Under the pieces are notes generated by a model that was given only the letters and a program-made list of their open reading frames with translations, was not told the DNA's origin and searched no databases. The position numbers and the translations under genes were made by a program. A stretch of DNA of 29,331 nucleotides from Candidatus Firestoneibacteriota bacterium. GTDB lineage: Bacteria; Oederibacteriota; D2-FULL-39-29; JBBTED01. Of this stretch, positions 23,415 to 29,331 are shown piece by piece (positions within the stretch are counted from its first letter, which is position 1; the number at the start of each line of letters is the position of its first letter). Location of the stretch: assembly GCA_038042445.1 (NCBI GenBank), contig JBBTED010000159.1, positions 1 through 29,331 on the forward strand, written 5' to 3'.

Positions 23415-24539
23415 TTATATATAGCATGCGGGATCTTCTGCCCACACATCTTGGTAATATGCTTCTGCTCTGACTCTGAAGTTTCCATTGCATATACTTA
23501 GCCATTTACACTCTGCGCATTTACCCTTAAGAAGTTTTTTTCGATTTTTAAGACCTGCCATTAATGGGTCTGAAGTATCCATCCATATTTCGGAAAATTT
23601 ACGTTTATGAATATTTCCAAATGAATAATGCTGCCAGAATTGATCAGCATGAACTTCTCCAAGATTATCAATTTCCGCTATACCTATACCTGTACTATTC
23701 CCGCCATTTATTTCAAGAAGTTTTAAAGCGACTTTCGCTCTTTCTTCATCTTTGGATTTAAGTTTCATATAAAGATAAGGACCATCAGTATGATTATCTA
23801 CTGTTAAAATTTCACATTCAACCTTGTCTTTATGGAATTTTTCACATTTCTCTAATATCAAATCTAATGCCTCTTTTGTTTCTTTATGAGACACATCTTC
23901 TTCTATCATCTTAGTTCCCCTGCCTGCATATACAAGATGATAAAAACAAACTCTTGGAATCTTTTCTTTCTCTATTAAATCAAATATGCCTTTTAAATCA
24001 GAAAAATTATTTTTGTTGATTGTAAATCTTAAACCTACTTTTACACCTGCTTCTATACAATTATGAATTCCTTTTATTGCTTTATTAAACGCACCTTTTT
24101 CACCACGAAATTTATCGTTTGTATTTTCTAACCCATCTATACTTATTCCAACATAAGAAAAACCTGTATCTTTTATTTTTTTTGCAACTTCAGGAGTTAT
24201 TAATGTTCCATTTGTTGAAATAACAGTCCGTAATTTTTGTTGGACAGAATACGCTCCAAGCTCAAACATATCTTCACGAATTAATGGTTCACCACCAGAA
24301 AAAAGTAAAACAGGAGCTTGAAATTCTGCAAGATCATCAATTAATTTTTTTGCAGTTTCAGTTGTAAGTTCATTTGCATCAGGTTTTCCTTTTGCATTTA
24401 TATAGCAATGAACACAATGCAAATTGCACTGCTTTGTCATATTCCATACTACTATAGGTTTTTTGTGTTTATCTGGCCCATAGCGCATAGAATCAGATTC
24501 TGTAATTTTGCCACAATATAATTTACTACAAGCAATCAT
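23415..24539 (-). CDS. ahbC: Radical SAM Fe-coproporphyrin synthase (12,18-didecarboxysiroheme deacetylase)
   Basis: SKLYCG...MRYG, KPIVVWNMTKQCNLHCVHCY, CFYHLVYAGRG, LTVDNHTDG, HADQFW and CNGNFRVRA. Confidence 0.92.
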   Translation of the reverse strand: MIACSKLYCGKITESDSMRYGPDKHKKPIVVWNMTKQCNLHCVHCYINAKGKPDANELTTETAKKLIDDLAEFQAPVLLFSGGEPLIREDMFELGAYSVQQKLRTVISTNGTLITPEVAKKIKDTGFSYVGISIDGLENTNDKFRGEKGAFNKAIKGIHNCIEAGVKVGLRFTINKNNFSDLKGIFDLIEKEKIPRVCFYHLVYAGRGTKMIEEDVSHKETKEALDLILEKCEKFHKDKVECEILTVDNHTDGPYLYMKLKSKDEERAKVALKLLEINGGNSTGIGIAEIDNLGEVHADQFWQHYSFGNIHKRKFSEIWMDTSDPLMAGLKNRKKLLKGKCAECKWLSICNGNFRVRAEAYYQDVWAEDPACYI

Positions 24540-24611
24540 AGATTATAATAGTAACATTACTTCTGTAAAAAAACAATAAAATTCAGATAAAAATGTAACA
24601 AGTCAGTACTT

Positions 24612-24667
24612 GTTAGCCGCAAGCTTTAGCTTGCGAGAAAAAACCGCAGGCTAAAGCCTGCGACTAC
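24612..24667. repeat. Inverted pair of GTAG-type REPs (BIME-like)
   Basis: gttagccgcaagctttagcttgcg and cgcaggctaaagcctgcgactac. Confidence 0.78.
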
Positions 24668-24699
24668 CATTAATAACTGACCTATTACTAAAAAAATAT

Positions 24700-24728
24700 T
24701 TGTAAAAAAAAAAGGAATTTGATAGTAT
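24700..24728 (+). promoter_or_regulatory. Putative sigma70 promoter of the sugar operon
   Basis: TTGTAA-N17-TAGTAT with TGn; AAGGAG RBS downstream. Confidence 0.45.
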
Positions 24729-24748
24729 AAATTTAAAAGGAGACAAAT

Positions 24749-25831
24749 ATGGCATATATCTATGGTAAAAAATATACTAAAAGCGAACTTTTAAAACGAG
24801 TTGGAGATATTTCACAAATAGCGCAAATCAAACGTTATAAACTTACAGAAGGAAATGAATCACAGGTTGAAGCTATTGATATAAATACAGGCACTGGGTT
24901 TTCATTTACTGTGCTTCCAGGAAGAGGAATGGATATATCTTATGCCCAATATTGTGGAAAACCATTGTGCTGGAGATCTTCAACAGGAGATGTTAATCCG
25001 TCATTTTTTGATTCACATAAATATGAATGGTTGCGAAATTTTTTTGGCGGTCTTTTAACTACTTGCGGTTTGACATACGCAGGGCACCCTTGCACAGATG
25101 AAGGTGAAGAACTCGGGCTACACGGAAGGATAAATAATATCCCTGCAAAAAATGTATATTCTGATGGTGAATGGGATAAAGATGAATATACTCTATTTGC
25201 CCAGGGTAAAGTAAGAGAAACAAAAGTATTTGGCGAAGATTTATGCTTAACAAGAAAAATAACTGCAAAACTTGGTGAAACAACACTTCATATAAAAGAT
25301 ATAGTAGAAAATCTCGGGACAACTAAAACTCCACATATGATTTTATACCATATAAATGGTGGTTTCCCTGTAATAGATAAAGATTCCATTTTGATTTCAC
25401 CAACAAAAATTGCACACCCAAGAGATGATGAAGCTAAAAAAAATGCTCAGGAATACAACAAATTTATGGAACCAATATCAGGATATAAAGAAAAATGTTA
25501 TTATCATGAGATGATTCCGGATAAAAATGGATACGTGTATACTGCACTTGCAAATAAAAAACTTGGGTTTGGATTTTATATAAAATATTCAATTAGTGAA
25601 CTCCCAAATTTTATTGAATGGAAAATGACTGGTGAAGGTCTTTATGTAGTAGGCATAGAACCTGCCAACTGTTGCATTTCAACAAGAGCAAATTTGAGAA
25701 AAGAAGGAAAATTGCCGTTTTTAGCTGCTGGCGAGAAAAAAGAATATAACATAGAAATTGGAGTATTAAAATCAAATGATGAAATAAAAGAATTAGAAAA
25801 AAAAGTGAATAGAATAAAAGGTGAGAGATGA
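24749..25831 (+). CDS. DUF4432 / aldose 1-epimerase-like protein
   Basis: RGMDI, WLRNFFGGLLTTCGL, LHGRI, MILYHIN and YVVGIEP. Confidence 0.88.
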   Translation: MAYIYGKKYTKSELLKRVGDISQIAQIKRYKLTEGNESQVEAIDINTGTGFSFTVLPGRGMDISYAQYCGKPLCWRSSTGDVNPSFFDSHKYEWLRNFFGGLLTTCGLTYAGHPCTDEGEELGLHGRINNIPAKNVYSDGEWDKDEYTLFAQGKVRETKVFGEDLCLTRKITAKLGETTLHIKDIVENLGTTKTPHMILYHINGGFPVIDKDSILISPTKIAHPRDDEAKKNAQEYNKFMEPISGYKEKCYYHEMIPDKNGYVYTALANKKLGFGFYIKYSISELPNFIEWKMTGEGLYVVGIEPANCCISTRANLRKEGKLPFLAAGEKKEYNIEIGVLKSNDEIKELEKKVNRIKGER

Positions 25832-26571
25832 AAGCTACAGTTACTTTAACAGTTTCTGAATCAAAACGGCTGATTGCAAAAGGTATAGTTGATTTAGCCT
25901 GTGTCCAAAAAGCTTTTAAAAAAGGTTTGATTGTCATTGCAACAGGTAGCACTAACTCTTATATTGTTGAAGAACTTTTGGGTAAGAAAATTGATAAGCT
26001 TGCTTATATCACAGGATATACTGCTCCCAAAAACAAAAACGTTAATTTGCCTCAACAAAAACTTCCAGATGTAATATTTAAAAATGGAAATCTTGTCCGT
26101 AATTTAAATAGATTTGAAGCTGTGAAACAAATGAAAGAAGGAGATGTATTTATCAAAGGCGCAAATGCATTAAATTACGAAAAAAAAGTTGCAGGCATAC
26201 TTATGACTGATTTAAATGGCGGCACAATCGGAGGTTGTATTGGCCCTGTTACAGCACGCAAAGCAAATTTAATAATTCCTATAGGCCTTGAAAAATTAGT
26301 TGCAAATGACATAATAGAAACATCTAAATTATTCCCAAGTGATACTAAATTTGTTACAGGAAATATTTCATTATTCCCTGTCCCTTCAGGAACAATAATT
26401 ACTGAAATTGAAGCAATAGAAACATTGGTAAAAGTTAAAGCATTTCATATTGGCTCTGGCGGAATTTTTGGTGCCCAAGGAGCTACAAAATTGCTTTTAG
26501 AAGGAACATCGCAAAATTTAAAATCAGCGATTAATATAATAGAAACAATACAGGGAGAACCTGCATTATGA
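25828..26571 (+). CDS. Hypothetical protein (247 aa), coupled to both neighbours
   Basis: 4-nt ATGA overlaps on both sides. Gly-rich motifs ESKRLIAK, GSTN, FIKGANA, GGTIG, PIGLEK and GSGGIFGAQG. Function unknown. Confidence 0.85.
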   Translation: MKATVTLTVSESKRLIAKGIVDLACVQKAFKKGLIVIATGSTNSYIVEELLGKKIDKLAYITGYTAPKNKNVNLPQQKLPDVIFKNGNLVRNLNRFEAVKQMKEGDVFIKGANALNYEKKVAGILMTDLNGGTIGGCIGPVTARKANLIIPIGLEKLVANDIIETSKLFPSDTKFVTGNISLFPVPSGTIITEIEAIETLVKVKAFHIGSGGIFGAQGATKLLLEGTSQNLKSAINIIETIQGEPAL

Positions 26572-28055
26572 ATTATTTAATGGGCATAGATATAGGAACA
26601 TCAGGAACCAAAACTATAGTTATAAATGAAAATGGCCAGCTAAAAGCTTCTGCTTTTGTTGAACACAAACTTGATTGTCCTAAACCCGGATGGGCACAAC
26701 AAAATCCACAAGAATGGTGGAATGCAGCTGTAGAAAGTATAAAACAAGTATTAAAAAATGGTCATTTAAAAGGCAGTGATATAAAAGGTATAGGTCTTTC
26801 AGGACAAATGCATGGATTGGTTTTAATTGATGATAAATTCAATATATTAATGCCGGCTATATTATGGTGTGATCAAAGAACAGCAAAAGAATGTGAGGAA
26901 ATAAATGAAAAAATTGGTATAGATAAATTAAATGAATATACTTGTAACCCTGCACTTACTGGATTCACTGCACCAAAAATACTTTGGGTAAGAAAACATC
27001 TACCGAAAATTTACAAAAAAATTTACAAAATATTGCTTCCAAAAGATTATATCCGTTTCAAATTAACAGGTGTATTTGCAAGTGAAGTTTCTGATGCATC
27101 TGGAACATTATTGTTTGATGTTAAAAATCGCAAATGGTCAAAAGAAATGTTAAATGCACTTGATATTGATAAAAACAAACTTCCAAAAGTTTATGAATCA
27201 CCTGTTATTTCCGGATATATTACATCTGCTATTGCAAAAGAAACAGGTTTGCTTGAAAAAACTCCAGTAGTTGGTGGAGGCGGTGACCAGGCTGCAGGAG
27301 CCATAGGCAACGGCATAGTTAAACCTGGTATAATCTCTGTAACAATTGGAACATCAGGTGTTGTATTTGCTCATACTGATAAAATTAAAATGGACAAATT
27401 GCAAAGAGTTCATTCTTTTTGCCATGCAGTACCTGAAAAATGGCATATAATGGGTGTAATGCTTTCTGCAGGTGGCTCATTTCAGTGGTTTAAAAATAAT
27501 TTAGGGAATAATCTAAAGTATGATATTTTAACCAAAGAAGCCCAAAAAATCCCTGTTGGCTCAGAAGGTTTAATATTTTTACCGTATCTTATGGGTGAAA
27601 GAACACCACATAAAGACCCTTATGCAAAAGGAGTATTTTTTGGAATAACAATGCGCCATACAAAAGCTCATTTCACACGCTCTATTTTAGAAGGTGTTAC
27701 TTATGGTTTAAGAGATTCTTTGGAAATAATACGGGGTATGAATTTAAAAATAAAGCAAATCAGAGCATCTGGTGGTGGTGCAAAAAGTAAATTCTGGAGA
27801 CAAATTCAGGCAGATGTTTTTAATTCTGAAATCGTAACAATAAATATTTCTGAAGGACCTGCTTTTGGTGTAGCACTATTAGCAGGTGTTGGAGTAAAAA
27901 TTTACAAATCAGTAGAAGAAGCCTGTGAAAAAACTATACGAATTACTTCACACACATACCCAATTAAAAATAATGTGCAAAAATATGAAGAATATTATAA
28001 ACTTTACAACTCCCTATATCCCGCTTTAAAAGATAAATTTAGTAGCAGGTTATAG
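26568..28055 (+). CDS. xylB: Xylulokinase (FGGY family)
   Basis: GIDIGTSG, SGQMHG, ILWCDQR, GFTAPK, SDASGT, GGGDQAAGA, FCHAVP and LPYLMGERTP. Confidence 0.93.
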   Translation: MNYLMGIDIGTSGTKTIVINENGQLKASAFVEHKLDCPKPGWAQQNPQEWWNAAVESIKQVLKNGHLKGSDIKGIGLSGQMHGLVLIDDKFNILMPAILWCDQRTAKECEEINEKIGIDKLNEYTCNPALTGFTAPKILWVRKHLPKIYKKIYKILLPKDYIRFKLTGVFASEVSDASGTLLFDVKNRKWSKEMLNALDIDKNKLPKVYESPVISGYITSAIAKETGLLEKTPVVGGGGDQAAGAIGNGIVKPGIISVTIGTSGVVFAHTDKIKMDKLQRVHSFCHAVPEKWHIMGVMLSAGGSFQWFKNNLGNNLKYDILTKEAQKIPVGSEGLIFLPYLMGERTPHKDPYAKGVFFGITMRHTKAHFTRSILEGVTYGLRDSLEIIRGMNLKIKQIRASGGGAKSKFWRQIQADVFNSEIVTINISEGPAFGVALLAGVGVKIYKSVEEACEKTIRITSHTYPIKNNVQKYEEYYKLYNSLYPALKDKFSSRL

Positions 28056-28102
28056 GATATCCATAAAATCTCGTTCTATAGAATAGAATTTTCATATTAC
28101 TC

Positions 28103-29146
28103 TTATGGATTTATCATAACTTTTATTCTTCCGGAATTTTCCATTATCTCAAATGCTTTATTGATCTGGTTCAAAGGAAATTTATGTGTAACAATTTTAT
28201 TTGGATCAATTTTGCCTTTTTCCATAAGTTCAATGGATTTCACCATTACTCTCGGATTCACAGAAAATGAAGCATCAACTCTTGTCTCAAGAAAATGAAT
28301 GTCTGCAGGAGATACTGGAACTTCTCCAGGAATTATAACTCCAAACATATTAACTCGTGTCCCCCTGCGACAAAGTTTAAATGTCAATTCTGCTGCTTCT
28401 AAAACACCCGCTGCTTCAAATATTACATCAGGACCATTTGGTAATATCTTATATACTTCTTTTTTTAAATCTTTTCCTTTTAAATTTACTGCATAATTCG
28501 CACCAAGTTTTAACGCACTTTTAAGTCTACCAGAAGAAATATCTGCTACAATTATATTGCCTGCGCCAGATGCCACAGCAAGCATCATAACTAAAAGTCC
28601 CATTCCACCAGCTCCTATTATTACTATATCTTCACCAATTCTAAAATTTGTGTATTCAATAAGACCTTTATATGAACCAGCTAATGGTTCAGCTAAAGCC
28701 ACTGCCTCAAAAGTTACATTTTTTGGCTTTTTATATAAAACTTTTGTCGGAACAGATACATATTCTGCAAAGCCGCCAGGCAAAACTTCTTTTTGACCTT
28801 CACCACCAATTACTTTTCCATCAATACAATAGTGTTCTTTTCCCAAACGACAATTAAAACATTTGCCGCAATGAATAACAGGAGAAAGTGCAACTTCATC
28901 TTTGTTTTTCCAATCTTTAACATCTCTGCCAATTTTTTCAATTATCCCTGATATCTCATGCCCTGCTATCATAGGGGCTGTCCAATTAGTTCTTCTCCCG
29001 GTATAAGCAGAATAATCTGTCTGACAAATTCCACAAGCTTTAACTTTTACAAGAACTTCATCAGCTTTCACAGATGGAATTGGAACTTCTTTTAACACCA
29101 TTTTTTTAATTCCTTCAAATACCGCAGCCAACATTTTTTTCTTCAT
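28103..29146 (-). CDS. Zn-dependent medium-chain dehydrogenase (polyol/threonine dehydrogenase-like)
   Basis: CGICQTD, GHE, CGKCFNC...C, EP and GAGGMG. Confidence 0.9.
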   Translation of the reverse strand: MKKKMLAAVFEGIKKMVLKEVPIPSVKADEVLVKVKACGICQTDYSAYTGRRTNWTAPMIAGHEISGIIEKIGRDVKDWKNKDEVALSPVIHCGKCFNCRLGKEHYCIDGKVIGGEGQKEVLPGGFAEYVSVPTKVLYKKPKNVTFEAVALAEPLAGSYKGLIEYTNFRIGEDIVIIGAGGMGLLVMMLAVASGAGNIIVADISSGRLKSALKLGANYAVNLKGKDLKKEVYKILPNGPDVIFEAAGVLEAAELTFKLCRRGTRVNMFGVIIPGEVPVSPADIHFLETRVDASFSVNPRVMVKSIELMEKGKIDPNKIVTHKFPLNQINKAFEIMENSGRIKVMINP

Positions 29147-29193
29147 AGATTCTCCTATTTCCTTTCCTTTTAAAATTAAAAATTTATATTCAA

Positions 29194-29331
29194 CTATTCA
29201 CATAAATCTGATGGGTTTCCGCGTTTATAAAGTACTGGTCTTTCATTTGATGGAACAACAATTTTTTTATCACTCATTATTTCTATAATAGGGAAAAATG
29301 TCCTGTAATTAAGGAAACTTAACCCCATTGC
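29194..29331 (-). CDS. C-terminal end of an unidentified ORF entering from the right edge
   Basis: Open frame AMGLSFLNYRTFFPIIEIMSDKKIVVPSNERPVLYKRGNPSDLCE* ending 47 nt before the dehydrogenase start. Confidence 0.45.
   Translation of the reverse strand, partial: AMGLSFLNYRTFFPIIEIMSDKKIVVPSNERPVLYKRGNPSDLCE

Noticed and set aside
21172..24539. RiPP cluster suggested by two radical SAM/SPASM genes
   Set aside because: Their sequences and context match AhbC and AhbD, and no precursor peptide is evident.
24704..24713. A10 tract in the putative promoter as a phase-variation switch
   Set aside because: Long A/T runs are common in this AT-rich sequence and there is no evidence of length variation.
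1..29331. tRNA, rRNA, riboswitch or IS transposase
   Set aside because: None was recognisable by eye; a covariance-model scan (Rfam, tRNAscan-SE) would be needed to exclude small RNAs.

Overview
AT-rich bacterial chromosomal segment, probably from an anaerobic diderm (it has outer-membrane beta-barrel-like genes, the Ahb heme pathway and a multiheme cytochrome c). Almost all genes are on the minus strand. Left to right: (1) the 5' end of smc; (2) a ~4 kb integron-type gene-cassette array (366-4240) with four complete attC sites, complementary cassette core sites, an internal promoter plus attI-like module and no integrase in the window (CALIN-like), next to a PIN/RHH toxin-antitoxin pair; (3) housekeeping genes: DUF4175-like, uvrC, serA, an orphan gcvH-like gene, a pentaheme cytochrome c, a polyprenyl synthase and hemL; (4) an accessory block with a Cys-less LOV-like PAS histidine kinase, a FixJ-type regulator, a stand-alone receiver, a duplicated ~50-bp promoter/operator and several envelope genes, one of them frameshifted; (5) the alternative heme operon ahbC-hemB-ahbD-ahbA-ahbB; (6) a sugar locus (DUF4432, a hypothetical gene, xylB) converging on a Zn-dependent dehydrogenase. 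Intergenic spaces carry three families of REP-like palindromes. All calls come from reading motifs by eye; no searches were run.
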